Origin: Candidatus Saccharimonadia bacterium
Lineage (GTDB): Bacteria > Patescibacteriota > Saccharimonadia > Saccharimonadales > 2-12-FULL-41-12
DNA length: 64,000 nucleotides
Direction: 5' to 3'
Assembly: GCA_963717365.1 (NCBI GenBank)
Contig: OY970327.1
Location: 459,599 to 523,598 of the forward strand
The translations under genes and the position numbers were made by a program. Shown one piece after another: positions 24,313 to 34,520 of this stretch (position 1 is its first letter; the number at the start of each line of letters is the position of its first letter). The notes below the pieces were generated by a model. It saw only the letters and a program-made list of their open reading frames with translations, did no database searches and was not told the DNA's origin.

Positions 24313-25638
24313 ATGAGTGAGATAATTACCGCCAAAGCTGGTGGAACCTCTAATCGTGACGGCGAAGCTGTTCGTCAGTCTATGGCTTGGGCTGAACGGG
24401 CCAATATTTTTATTGCGTCAGCACCTGGTAAGTTACCAGGAGATGGGCTAACTTCCGAAAAAGCTACCGATCTGCTCATTTTAGCACGCGAAAAATACGT
24501 TGAATCAGGCTATGTGCCTGCGTGTATTACCGATATTCTCACTAGTCGGTACGCCGCGATAGTCAGTGATATTGGCAGGGCAGCACTACCGTTAAGGTGG
24601 ATCGACAAAATTGCCACCCGCGTTGAACAGACCGCCACCCAAAGCATGCACGCTTCTTCAATGCTGGGAGAACGGCTAATGGCAGAGATTTACGAAGCAC
24701 ATGGTTTCACAATGCTTGATCCAAGCCGTTCCCCCCATACTCTTGGCAGTGATCCTGACGCCTGGCGCGGATGGATCCAGGGCGTTTATCAGCCTGATCA
24801 AAGATATATCCTTCTAGGAAACACAACATTAGTAAATGACCATTTAGAAACATTTTCAAGGGGTGGCTGCGATACTACTGATGGAATGGCGGCCTATGCT
24901 ATTCGGGCTGATCTTAATCTTAATCTTACTGATGACAGTGCATTATCGGCTGATCCGCGCCAGATTACACAAAGGGAAAGATTAGTCCGAATAAAACATA
25001 TGCTATACGAAGTAGGCCGTGAATTGGGGAGAAATGGCACCGGCTTGGTACATCCAGCTGGCATGGTCCCGCTAATGATTGCGAATATTCCCACCGAGAT
25101 ACGCAGTACTTTTGATTCAAAAGCTTCTCCGACATTGCTTGATAATGATTACACGGAAGCCAGTCGCTACGCTGGCCAGGTAGCAGCAGTATCGTTGATG
25201 AATAACGTTACGATGCACCGTGTTCATGAAGCCGGCATGGCAGAGGCTGTCGGTAGGTTGGCTGCTTTTGAAACAGCACTTGCAAATAGTGGGGTAGCGT
25301 TAATAGATTCACAGGGTGACGGAGTGGACGGACAGAAATATTTCATTGACTCTTCAAACGCAGAAAAAGCTCATGCAATTCTGCAAGAAGTCACTCGTGG
25401 CAGCGTTGAGCTGGGTGAAAATCGATCATTTATTACTTTGGCTGGATACCGACTTGAAAGAAGTCTCTTCGATACTATTTCAGGGCTAGAGATCACCCTA
25501 GGAATGAATGATAAAACCTGGCAAACCGAAGGTCATGATTTTTCAACCGGACGCCATAGCTTGCGGATTAGCGTAGAACAAGACGAAGCTCTGACCGTAT
25601 TAGACAAAGTTCATTATCATTTTTTAGAAAAACTTTAA
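24313..25638 (+). CDS. Amino-acid-kinase family protein, aspartokinase-like
   Basis: 441 aa. N-terminal AKAGGTS aligns with the KFGGTS motif, and the length is compatible with a kinase plus regulatory domains. The promoter is TTGACT-17-TAAAAT (24275-24303), 9 nt before the ATG. Confidence 0.45.
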   Translation: MSEIITAKAGGTSNRDGEAVRQSMAWAERANIFIASAPGKLPGDGLTSEKATDLLILAREKYVESGYVPACITDILTSRYAAIVSDIGRAALPLRWIDKIATRVEQTATQSMHASSMLGERLMAEIYEAHGFTMLDPSRSPHTLGSDPDAWRGWIQGVYQPDQRYILLGNTTLVNDHLETFSRGGCDTTDGMAAYAIRADLNLNLTDDSALSADPRQITQRERLVRIKHMLYEVGRELGRNGTGLVHPAGMVPLMIANIPTEIRSTFDSKASPTLLDNDYTEASRYAGQVAAVSLMNNVTMHRVHEAGMAEAVGRLAAFETALANSGVALIDSQGDGVDGQKYFIDSSNAEKAHAILQEVTRGSVELGENRSFITLAGYRLERSLFDTISGLEITLGMNDKTWQTEGHDFSTGRHSLRISVEQDEALTVLDKVHYHFLEKL

Positions 25639-25642
25639 TATT

Positions 25643-26056
25643 ATGAATCCTGAAAAAAAATCATTAACCATTCAAATGAACGAAGACATATACGCTATGG
25701 CTGTCAGGTGTTTTGAAGAATACGGCGCATCACTGCCTGCTTCATTTGAAAGATCACCTCACATGGCCTACGCAGTTTTTGATGTCTGTGTTCGTCAAAT
25801 ACACAGAGCCCATCTTGGCACTCCGAGTATTACGCACATTGTATCGGGACATGATATTCAGGAAGCGGAACAAATACTTGAGTTAGAGAAACAAATTGAA
25901 CTTGGAGGTAGGCTTCCTCCACTAGAAGACGACACTCAAGAAATTGTGATTCAGGTAATAAGAAATCCGTCTCTGTGGCAGAGTATTCGTAGAAAAAATA
26001 AAAAACCAAAGATAAAAACCGTGCTTCATTTTAATATTCCGATAGAAGATAAATAA
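25643..26056 (+). CDS. Hypothetical protein (137 aa)
   Basis: ORF 4 nt after the upstream stop. No domain recognised. Confidence 0.45.
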   Translation: MNPEKKSLTIQMNEDIYAMAVRCFEEYGASLPASFERSPHMAYAVFDVCVRQIHRAHLGTPSITHIVSGHDIQEAEQILELEKQIELGGRLPPLEDDTQEIVIQVIRNPSLWQSIRRKNKKPKIKTVLHFNIPIEDK

Positions 26057-26122
26057 AATCCAATTATCCAACTCGGATGATGGTCTAGGGATTTACTAGA
26101 AATTTATGTCATACTGTTAGTC

Positions 26123-26968
26123 ATGAGCACAATTATACATATTCGTGATTTTACCGATCCTACCTGCCCATTTGCATATTCTACAGAACCGGTTCGCTGG
26201 CGATTAAAATGGCTATACGGTGATGCTATCACTTGGCAGTCCAGCATGATTGTACTCCATGAATCTGTTGAAGCAATGGGAGGACTAACACCAGAAATCC
26301 TAGCTAAAACACGTACCCGTTTGCAGCAATATTATGGTATGCCAATTAATGATACTCATGCACCGCGTTTAAGCAGCACGTTAGAAGCATGTCGAGCGTA
26401 CGTTGCCGTAAGCTTGAACTCACCATCAAATGCAGAGACCGTATTACGACAACTACGCATTGCTACTATGAGCGGGGAATTGCCTGATGATCCAGAAGTC
26501 ATTAACGGTATTATTGAAAATATCGGCGTCAAACAAGACTTGTTTGACAGCTGGCTGCAACAAACCGGTGTCGAAGCATTGCTTAGAAATGATATGCGAG
26601 AAGCGCGTGAACCAAGTAACATCGGCAAAGCCCTAGCTTATAAACTTGGACGAACACCAGAGCATACGAAACGATATAGCGCAGGCTCTTACCGTTTTAG
26701 TAAAGATGATGAGACCGTGTTTGAGCTACCTGGCTTTTGGCCAGCTGCGACATATGAAGCGGTGATGGGCAACCTTGCTCCAGACGTACAGCGCCATGAT
26801 GATGCTACTCATGCTGACAAAGTTTTGCAATGGGCCGGTGAACCCCTGGCCACCGTTGAAGTTGCAGCCATGATGAACAAACCAATCGACGAAGTTCGAA
26901 CCGAATTGCAACAAGTAGCCACCATGCAGCCGGTGGGCCAAGATGGCTTCTGGACGCTGACTGGCTAA
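26123..26968 (+). CDS. DsbA-like thioredoxin-fold protein (tentative)
   Basis: 281 aa. The N-terminal FTDPTCPFAYS resembles the DsbA/FrnE-family active-site region but has a single Cys. Confidence 0.4.
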   Translation: MSTIIHIRDFTDPTCPFAYSTEPVRWRLKWLYGDAITWQSSMIVLHESVEAMGGLTPEILAKTRTRLQQYYGMPINDTHAPRLSSTLEACRAYVAVSLNSPSNAETVLRQLRIATMSGELPDDPEVINGIIENIGVKQDLFDSWLQQTGVEALLRNDMREAREPSNIGKALAYKLGRTPEHTKRYSAGSYRFSKDDETVFELPGFWPAATYEAVMGNLAPDVQRHDDATHADKVLQWAGEPLATVEVAAMMNKPIDEVRTELQQVATMQPVGQDGFWTLTG

Positions 26969-27067
26969 TTTAGACGGCAGCTTATTCATCATACCGCTCA
27001 TGCTTGTGTTTCTTTGAATGCCACATCATAATTCTGTCAAAGCAGTGTAAGAGGGGACTTAACGAAC

Positions 27068-29911
27068 ATGCCTGATATCCATGAAATTCGCATAACGTCG
27101 ACGGAAGAAGTTGATCCGGCCGGACATGCGGTGTCCCAAGAGATTCGTCGCACCTTTAACAGCAATGTCGATGTCCGTACCGCCAAAATCTACCGCATAC
27201 AAGGGGGCACTCCAGAGCAAGCACGGGAGCTGGGCAACAAATTGCTGGCCGATCCGGAAATCGAAACATTTACCGTCAATGAACTTCCGCTTGACTCCGA
27301 TTTTTATACCAGGGAAGTAGCCTATAAGCCCGGGGTGATGAACCCCGCCTCGGGATCTTTCCTCAAAGCTGCCGAGTACCTTGGCATAAAGCCGGAGGCG
27401 GTCGATTCGTCTATCGAATATATTTTACCTAGGACGGTTGACGCGGACTTTGCAGATTTAATTGTAAATCGGTTGTTAATGAATAAAACAGTGCAGCGAA
27501 TAGTAGATACGCCGCCGTCAAGCTTAACCTTTGAAGCTGAACCCGGCCCGGTTACAACTATTCCAATCCGCCAGGCATCCGATAATGAGTTAATGGAATT
27601 ATCAAAAGATAAACTATTTTTGACACTGGATGAAATGCGGGCCGTAAAAGCAAAATTTACTAAACTGAACCGCGAACCGACCGACTGTGAACTGGAAATC
27701 GTCGCCGCGGCTTGGAGCGAACACTGCGGCCACAAAACTTTTAACGCCGGCATTGAACTGCCTGACGGCAGTATAAAAGATCCGTTATTCAAACGCATCA
27801 AAGATACTGCCCGAAAACACTTTGAAAAGGTTGGAGTTTTATCAGCCTTTCATGATAACTCCGGCGTTATTAAATTTTATGACGGCCAGGCAATTTGCGG
27901 CAAGGTAGAAACTCATAACAGCCCATCAGCTATTGAACCGTATGGCGGTGCTATGACCGGCAGCGGCGGCGTTTTCCGTGATATTGTAGGCACCGGCCTG
28001 GGAGCCAAAAATATTATTTCTACCGATATGTTCTGCCTGGCTCCGCCTGATCTTGATGACTCACGGCTGCCCGCAGGCACGCTTCGGCCTGATTATTTGC
28101 AGCGGCGGGTAGTCGACGGTGTCCGTGACTACGGTAATCGGATGGGCATTCCCACTGCTAACGGCTCCTTGCATTTCCATGAAGATTTTCGCGCTAAACC
28201 AACCGTTATAGTAGGCGCTTATGGCATAATGCCCGAGGAATACGCTCAAAAAGGCGAGCCGCTGGTGGGTGACCTAGTTATTGCAATGGGCGGCCGGACC
28301 GGACGGGATGGCATCCACGGCGCTACCTTCTCATCTGGCGAAATGACCGACCGCACGGCGAACGTCAACTCCAGTGCTGTCCAAATTGGCAATGCCATTG
28401 AAGAAAAACGCACCTTCGATGCCATTATGGAAGCCCGTGACACCGGCTGCATCAGAGCCATAACCGACTGTGGTGCGGCTGGTTTTTCATCGGCCATTGG
28501 CGAAATCGGCGAGAACATTGGCGTAACGGTAGACATCAGCAAAGCACCGCTTAAATATCAAGGCCTGGCACCATGGGAGATCTTCCTCAGCGAATCGCAG
28601 GAACGTATGGTACTGGCAGTTCCGCCCGAAAAAGCTGAATCCTTAGCTGCTATCTGCGCCAAATATAATGTTGAACAAGCCGTCTTGGGCGAATTTGACG
28701 GCAGCCATACGCTGACGGTCACCTATGGCGACCAGACGGTGGCGGAGCTAGATTATGAATTCCTTAAGAACGGCTTGCCGGAGCGTGTCATGAAAGCCAA
28801 TTGGCAACCTGAAATAATTGAAGAAGAGCGCCCAACGTGGCCCCATGGATCAGAGGACTGGATTAATCGTCTAAGCGGAGTTTTGTCCCACGGCAACGTT
28901 TGCTCTAAGCAACCAATAGTTCGCCAGTATGACCATGGTGTGCAGGGTGGCAACGTTGTCAGCCCGTTTGGCGGCGTAACCGAAGAAGGACCCAACGACG
29001 CGCTAGTTGTTCGGCCTATGCTTGATAAGCCATACGGAGTTGTTCAGTCGCACGGCATGAATCCAATTTTAAACCGCTATAACCCATACGAGGGCAGCAA
29101 ATGGGCAATCGCCGAGACTATGGCAAATTATGTGGCAGTTGGCGGCAATCCGCGGGAAGCGGCTCTGGTTAATAATTTTATCTGGCCATTTCCCGACGAA
29201 CAGGAAATGGGTTCGCTCGATAAATCTGTCGACGCCATCACCGATATGATGGACGCTTTGGAAATTCCGGTAATCTCAGGTAAAGACAGCCTGTCATCTA
29301 CGTACCGCGGCAAAGACGGTGAAGTAATTAAAATTCCGCCGGTTCTTTGTATGTCAGCTTTTGGACGGATACCGGACGTAGAAAAAACCATGACCGCCGA
29401 AATTAAAAAACCCGGCTCAACACTTGTTTTAGTAGGAAAACAATCAGCTGGCATGGCCGGCTCGGCTTATTATGACGTAGCGGGCGGACAGAGTTCCCAT
29501 GTGCCAGAGATTGATATCGAAAACCTGCCTAAGACCCTTGATGCGGTGCATAAAGCCATCGTCTCCGGTGATGTCTTAGCCTGCCACGACATAAGCGAAG
29601 GCGGACTGGTTTCAGCCGTAACCGAAATGGCTATCGGCGGCAACTGCGGCGCCACACTGGATATTCCATCACACGCCGACGAAGAACACTTTCTCTTTAA
29701 TGAAACAGCTGGTTGTTTTGTGGTAGAAGTAGCAGACGAGGAACAAGCTCAGAAGTTATTTGGCGAAGTCGACTATCAAATTATCGGCAAGACGCATAAC
29801 ATGGCAATTCTTGGCGTTACTAGCGACGCCACAGAAGAAGTTATTTTCTTTGCTAGGGTTGAAAAGCTAAAAAATGATTGGCAACGCCCGACCAAGGAGT
29901 TGTTTGAATGA
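27068..29911 (+). CDS. purL: Phosphoribosylformylglycinamidine synthase, PurS-PurL fusion
   Basis: 947 aa. The N-terminal ~85 aa are PurS-like (IRITSTEEVDPAGHAV...). PurL motifs are WSEHCGHKTFN, VETHNSPSAIEPYGGAMTGSGGVFRD and a duplicated AIRS-type domain. Confidence 0.85.
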   Translation: MPDIHEIRITSTEEVDPAGHAVSQEIRRTFNSNVDVRTAKIYRIQGGTPEQARELGNKLLADPEIETFTVNELPLDSDFYTREVAYKPGVMNPASGSFLKAAEYLGIKPEAVDSSIEYILPRTVDADFADLIVNRLLMNKTVQRIVDTPPSSLTFEAEPGPVTTIPIRQASDNELMELSKDKLFLTLDEMRAVKAKFTKLNREPTDCELEIVAAAWSEHCGHKTFNAGIELPDGSIKDPLFKRIKDTARKHFEKVGVLSAFHDNSGVIKFYDGQAICGKVETHNSPSAIEPYGGAMTGSGGVFRDIVGTGLGAKNIISTDMFCLAPPDLDDSRLPAGTLRPDYLQRRVVDGVRDYGNRMGIPTANGSLHFHEDFRAKPTVIVGAYGIMPEEYAQKGEPLVGDLVIAMGGRTGRDGIHGATFSSGEMTDRTANVNSSAVQIGNAIEEKRTFDAIMEARDTGCIRAITDCGAAGFSSAIGEIGENIGVTVDISKAPLKYQGLAPWEIFLSESQERMVLAVPPEKAESLAAICAKYNVEQAVLGEFDGSHTLTVTYGDQTVAELDYEFLKNGLPERVMKANWQPEIIEEERPTWPHGSEDWINRLSGVLSHGNVCSKQPIVRQYDHGVQGGNVVSPFGGVTEEGPNDALVVRPMLDKPYGVVQSHGMNPILNRYNPYEGSKWAIAETMANYVAVGGNPREAALVNNFIWPFPDEQEMGSLDKSVDAITDMMDALEIPVISGKDSLSSTYRGKDGEVIKIPPVLCMSAFGRIPDVEKTMTAEIKKPGSTLVLVGKQSAGMAGSAYYDVAGGQSSHVPEIDIENLPKTLDAVHKAIVSGDVLACHDISEGGLVSAVTEMAIGGNCGATLDIPSHADEEHFLFNETAGCFVVEVADEEQAQKLFGEVDYQIIGKTHNMAILGVTSDATEEVIFFARVEKLKNDWQRPTKELFE

Positions 29912-30657
29912 GCCGTTCTCCAGAAATCTGTATCCTAAAAACCGACGGTATTAACTGCGAAGAAGAAATGGCTAATGCCTTCACAGTAGCCGGCGGCAGC
30001 CCGGACATCGTCCATATCAATCAACTCCGTTCCGGCGAAAAAAAGCTGGTGAATTATGCGGCTCTGAGCTTACCCGGCGGTTTTTCGTACGGCGACGATA
30101 TTAGATCCGGTGTCGTATTAGGCACCGAGTTAACTGCATATCTAGGGGATGAGTTACACGCGTTTGTAGATGCTAAAAAACCTATTCTTGGTGTCTGCAA
30201 CGGTTTCCAGGTACTGGCCCAGACCGGCTTGCTGCCAAATCGCAGTCTTGGCGAACAAACTATTACTTTGGCGCGCAACGATATTGGCCGGTTCGTCTGC
30301 AAATGGGTTGACCTTGACGTTGAGGACAGTATTTGTAAATTTACTCCGACGAAAGATTTTGAAGAAATTATTTCAATGCAGATTGCACATGGAGAGGGAC
30401 GATTTTCAACGAAAGACTCTCAGTTACTAGAGCTCATCTATGGTAAGCAAATTGTCTTTAGTTATCTTGATAACCCCAATGGTTCGCTTGCTAGTATTGC
30501 CGGAGTTTGCGATAAAACCGGTTTAATCCTCGGTATGATGCCCCATCCCGAGCGTTCAACCGCCGCCTTTCATCCTGACCGTAAACGAACTGACGCCGCT
30601 CGCCGTGCCAGTGCCATCATCTTCAATAACATCGTTAATTATGCCAAGGAATCCTAA
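29908..30657 (+). CDS. purQ: Phosphoribosylformylglycinamidine synthase glutaminase subunit
   Basis: 249 aa with GVCNGFQVL (the catalytic Cys) and MMPHPER. There is a 4-nt overlap with purL. Confidence 0.85.
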   Translation: MSRSPEICILKTDGINCEEEMANAFTVAGGSPDIVHINQLRSGEKKLVNYAALSLPGGFSYGDDIRSGVVLGTELTAYLGDELHAFVDAKKPILGVCNGFQVLAQTGLLPNRSLGEQTITLARNDIGRFVCKWVDLDVEDSICKFTPTKDFEEIISMQIAHGEGRFSTKDSQLLELIYGKQIVFSYLDNPNGSLASIAGVCDKTGLILGMMPHPERSTAAFHPDRKRTDAARRASAIIFNNIVNYAKES

Positions 30658-30661
30658 ATCT

Positions 30662-31813
30662 ATGCAGGAGACACTCAGAAAACCAATCCAAGAAGTAAAT
30701 ATTGAACTGGGCGATGATGTTTCACGAATGCTGTACGAAGCTTCCCAGGCTACCCACCAAAACCGGCCTGGACTACTGGAAGAGGTGCATGCTTCTTTCT
30801 CGGGATTCCGGGGCGTGCCGCTGGGCAAGCTAGTAGATGTTCAAAATCTATATAGCAATATGGGTTTTGACGGCGTTGGTACTAAAGTCGAAATTGCCGA
30901 ACGACTGGGAGATCATTCTGTTGTCGCCTTTGATCTGTTTGCAATGGTCTGTGATGATGCGGTAGCTAACGGTGCCGAGCCTCTAACAATTGGTTCAATT
31001 TTAGATGTCCGACAACTGGAAGACACTGCTTATACGCGTAAAACACTCCGACAATTGGCAGCTGGTTATATAGCGGCGGCCAAAGCTGCTGGCGTGATAG
31101 TGGTCAATGGGGAAGTAGCTGAACTTGGCGACCGGGTGGGCGGACATGGCCATTTTAACTATAACTGGGGAGCGGCGGTCTGGTGGGCAGCCCATAAATC
31201 CCGCGCGTTAACCGGCGGAGAGATTAAACCTGGGCATTCGCTGGTAGGCTTGGCAGAACATGGGTTCCGGTCTAATGGCATAACCGATGTCCGTAAAACC
31301 TTACTTACAGAGTATGGCCCCAATTGGCAAAATGAAAGGGTAAAAGGGCTCGGGCGACTCACGCTTGGAAAATTAGTCCAGAATCCTTCAACGATTTACA
31401 CTCCGTTCATGAATCACTTAACCGGCGGTTATGATATTACTCGTGAGCCGGCCGCAAATATTACCGGAGCAGCCCATATTACCGGCGGTGGGCAGCCCAG
31501 CAAACTTGGAAGAATGCTCAAGCCGTCCGGACTGGGAGCACGTATAATCGCGCCATTGGATCCTCCGGCTATAATGAGACATTTACAACAAGTAGGGAAG
31601 TACAATGATTATCAGGCCTATAATAAATGGCACATGGGGCCTGGATTCGTTATTGTAACCACCGAGCCCGAAAAAGTCCTGGCCGCTGCTCATGAATTTG
31701 GCATTGATGCCCAGGAAATAGGGTTTATTACGGAAGAGCCCGGTATATCTATTAAAAACCGGGGCTGGGAACAAAAAGAAGAGTATCTTTATTTCGCTAA
31801 AGCTGTAAAATAG
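30662..31813 (+). CDS. purM: Phosphoribosylformylglycinamidine cyclo-ligase (AIR synthetase)
   Basis: DGVGTKVEIAE and overall AIRS N and C domains. I chose ATG 30662 after AAGGA (30646-30650). Alternative in-frame starts are at 30641 and 30605. Confidence 0.8.
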   Translation: MQETLRKPIQEVNIELGDDVSRMLYEASQATHQNRPGLLEEVHASFSGFRGVPLGKLVDVQNLYSNMGFDGVGTKVEIAERLGDHSVVAFDLFAMVCDDAVANGAEPLTIGSILDVRQLEDTAYTRKTLRQLAAGYIAAAKAAGVIVVNGEVAELGDRVGGHGHFNYNWGAAVWWAAHKSRALTGGEIKPGHSLVGLAEHGFRSNGITDVRKTLLTEYGPNWQNERVKGLGRLTLGKLVQNPSTIYTPFMNHLTGGYDITREPAANITGAAHITGGGQPSKLGRMLKPSGLGARIIAPLDPPAIMRHLQQVGKYNDYQAYNKWHMGPGFVIVTTEPEKVLAAAHEFGIDAQEIGFITEEPGISIKNRGWEQKEEYLYFAKAVK

Positions 31814-31839
31814 AAATACAAAAGATAAGGGAGTACCGC

Positions 31840-33039
31840 ATGCTTGAAACGGCTCAAAGTCATATAACTCGAGCCGGTAAAAAAGCTGGTCTCAGCGACC
31901 AGGCAATCGCAGACTTGCTGAAAATAGATGCCGAACATGTATTTGAGATTAGTCACAGTAATGGCAACGCCTATCCCGCATATCGCATCCAACATAGCAA
32001 TAAGCGAGGACCGTACAAAGGCGGAATTCGTTTTCATCCCGAGGTAGACATGGACGAAGTGCGGGCGCTCGCTACCTTGATGAGCCTGAAGACTGCGGCC
32101 GTAAATCTGCCGCTCGGCGGTGCCAAAGGCGGCATTGCCGTAGATCCACGACAATTAAATGAGGAAGAACTTGAAGAGTTAAGTCGGAAGTATGTTCGGT
32201 ATCTGGAACCATATATTGGTCCAGCCAAAGATATTCCAGCGCCGGACGTTAATACCAACCCTAAAATCATCGACTGGATGGCAGACGAATGTAAAAATAT
32301 CACTGGAGACACCTCTGGAGCTAGTTTTACCGGTAAAAGTATCGCAGCCGGTGGAAGTTTGGGCCGGAATGCCGCAACCGGGCGCGGAGGCGTCTACGCC
32401 CTCCGAGAGCTGCTTACCCATGATCAAATACTAGACCAGCCCTTAACATATGCAGTGCAAGGCTACGGCAATGTAGGATCGTTCTTCGCTACAGTGGCCG
32501 CCAGCGATCACCCTAACTGGAAGTTAGTCGCCGCCAGCGACTCAGTCAGCGCTGTTTATAACCCGAACGGGTTACTCGCTCAGGAATTAGCGGTGTATAA
32601 AGCCAGTCGCAAGCGCTTTTCAGACTATACAAAACCAGCTGAGCACATTACTAATGAAGAACTCCTAGCACTAGATGTAGACGTCTTGGTTTTTGCGGCG
32701 CTTGGTGATGCGGTGAATCAAGACAACATAGCAGAAATTCAGGCTCGGTATCTTGTGGAGCTTGCCAATGGGCCGATTAATTTAGCCGCGCACGACGGTT
32801 TGACACAGGCCGGCAAAATAATTTTACCAGATATAATAGCCAATTCTGGCGGGGTTATTGTTAGTTATCTTGAGTGGTTGCAAAATAAAGCCGGTGAAAA
32901 ATGGCCTGAGAAACAAGTAAATGAGCAGTTGGATGAGTATTTGAGCAGTGGACTGTCAGACTTATTAAAATCCGCAGATACTTATAAAACTTCAAGCCTT
33001 ACCGAAGCAGCATATATTTTAGCGATCAGCCGTTTGTAA
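31840..33039 (+). CDS. gdh: Glutamate (Glu/Leu/Phe/Val-family) dehydrogenase
   Basis: 399 aa with the catalytic-Lys motif PLGGAKGGI and the Rossmann motif VQGYGNVG. Confidence 0.8.
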   Translation: MLETAQSHITRAGKKAGLSDQAIADLLKIDAEHVFEISHSNGNAYPAYRIQHSNKRGPYKGGIRFHPEVDMDEVRALATLMSLKTAAVNLPLGGAKGGIAVDPRQLNEEELEELSRKYVRYLEPYIGPAKDIPAPDVNTNPKIIDWMADECKNITGDTSGASFTGKSIAAGGSLGRNAATGRGGVYALRELLTHDQILDQPLTYAVQGYGNVGSFFATVAASDHPNWKLVAASDSVSAVYNPNGLLAQELAVYKASRKRFSDYTKPAEHITNEELLALDVDVLVFAALGDAVNQDNIAEIQARYLVELANGPINLAAHDGLTQAGKIILPDIIANSGGVIVSYLEWLQNKAGEKWPEKQVNEQLDEYLSSGLSDLLKSADTYKTSSLTEAAYILAISRL

Positions 33040-33076
33040 AAATGATACGCTATAAGAAGTAGCAGGAGATTAGTAT

Positions 33077-33604
33077 ATGGAAACTATTGTATTAGGCGGC
33101 GGCTGTTTCTGGTGCATAGAAGCTGGATTTAACCTTATAAACGGAGTAGAGCGTGTGATTTCCGGCTACGCCGGTGGGACAGAAATTGATGCTGATTATT
33201 ATAAGGTCAGTAGCGGCGGCACCGGACATGCTGAGGTTGTGCAAGTAACATTTGACCCTACCATAATTACGTTAGGTGATATTCTGGACATTTTCTGGGT
33301 ATTGCACGACCCGACTACGTTAAATCAGCAGGGAAATGATAGTGGACCCCAGTATCGTTCAGTTATTTTCTATACAGGAGAAAGACAACTAGATACAGCT
33401 AAGAAATCAATAGCGAAGATACAAGAGCTATGGAACAACTCAGTAGTGACCAAGTTAGTGTCACTTGAGACATTTTATCCAGCAGAGGATGAGCATCAAA
33501 ATTATTTTGAAAATAATCCTGGCAATGGATATTGCCAGGTAATTATTAATCCAAAATTGAAGAAATTACGTCAGAAATTCGCCGAACGAATTAAAATTAA
33601 TTAA
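33077..33604 (+). CDS. msrA: Peptide-methionine (S)-S-oxide reductase
   Basis: 175 aa with the active-site motif GGGCFWC and GHAEVVQVTFDP. Confidence 0.85.
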   Translation: METIVLGGGCFWCIEAGFNLINGVERVISGYAGGTEIDADYYKVSSGGTGHAEVVQVTFDPTIITLGDILDIFWVLHDPTTLNQQGNDSGPQYRSVIFYTGERQLDTAKKSIAKIQELWNNSVVTKLVSLETFYPAEDEHQNYFENNPGNGYCQVIINPKLKKLRQKFAERIKIN

Positions 33605-33622
33605 CAGTAATTACGGTAAAAA

Positions 33623-34384
33623 TTAATTTTGCTGACTTAAAATACTTACGTAGCTGTCGCCGGCAATTACAAGGTGGTCAAGCAAATCAATGCCGAGTAT
33701 TTTACTAGCGACCAACAAACGTTCCGTTACCTCATTGTCGGCGTAGGTTGCATTTAAACGGCCTGAGGGGTGATTATGGGCAATAATTACAGCAGCAGCG
33801 CCATATTCAATTGCTGGTTGAAATACCTCGCGGGGGTGAACTATATTGGAAGTGAGACTGCCTACAGAGATAACTTCTTCATGAATGACTTGATAACGGC
33901 TATTTAAATATAGCCCTCTGAGCTGCTCTTTTTTCATTTGACCCATGTCATGCAAATAATCAAAGGCTTGCTGAGCGGTACTCACAAACACTGCTCGGCC
34001 AGCCCGCTTTTCATAAAAACGGCGTCCAAGCTCAAAACTAGCTATAAGCTGGCAAGCTTTAGAAACAGGAATCTGAAGTGTATCAGCTAGGCGTTGCGGA
34101 TTCATTTCATTGATGATTGCCCGTTCGCCGTACTCTTTAAGAATACGACCCGCCATTGTCAAAACTTCTTCTCTTTTAGTTCCTACGCCAAGTAAAATTG
34201 CCACCAACTCTGTCATCGTGAGACTGCCAGGGCCGGTAGCCAATAGCTTTTCGCGCGGTTTTTCATCTGAAGCTAGATCCTTAACCCTCAGAACATAACG
34301 TGTATCTCCCTCACCCATAATTGATTCGGTGTCATGGAGATTATAGGAACGCGTGGCGGCAACAGTAGACATGTGATTTATCAT
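33623..34384 (-). CDS. radC: RadC-like JAB/MPN-domain protein
   Basis: 253 aa with an HhH-like N-terminal region (ELVAILLGVGTK) and the JAMM motif HNHPSG. The true start may be the internal Met at codon 5. Confidence 0.75.
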   Translation of the reverse strand: MINHMSTVAATRSYNLHDTESIMGEGDTRYVLRVKDLASDEKPREKLLATGPGSLTMTELVAILLGVGTKREEVLTMAGRILKEYGERAIINEMNPQRLADTLQIPVSKACQLIASFELGRRFYEKRAGRAVFVSTAQQAFDYLHDMGQMKKEQLRGLYLNSRYQVIHEEVISVGSLTSNIVHPREVFQPAIEYGAAAVIIAHNHPSGRLNATYADNEVTERLLVASKILGIDLLDHLVIAGDSYVSILSQQN

Positions 34385-34520
34385 AGCAAACGACAGTGTT
34401 TATTTATAGCGACTAGGCAGCTTTTAATAATTCCTTAATAAGGGCTACGTTTTTGGGGGTATTGACATACAGTTATCAGAGTAAGCAAGGTTCTTGCTAT
34501 AATAACGATGGATAGGTCAT

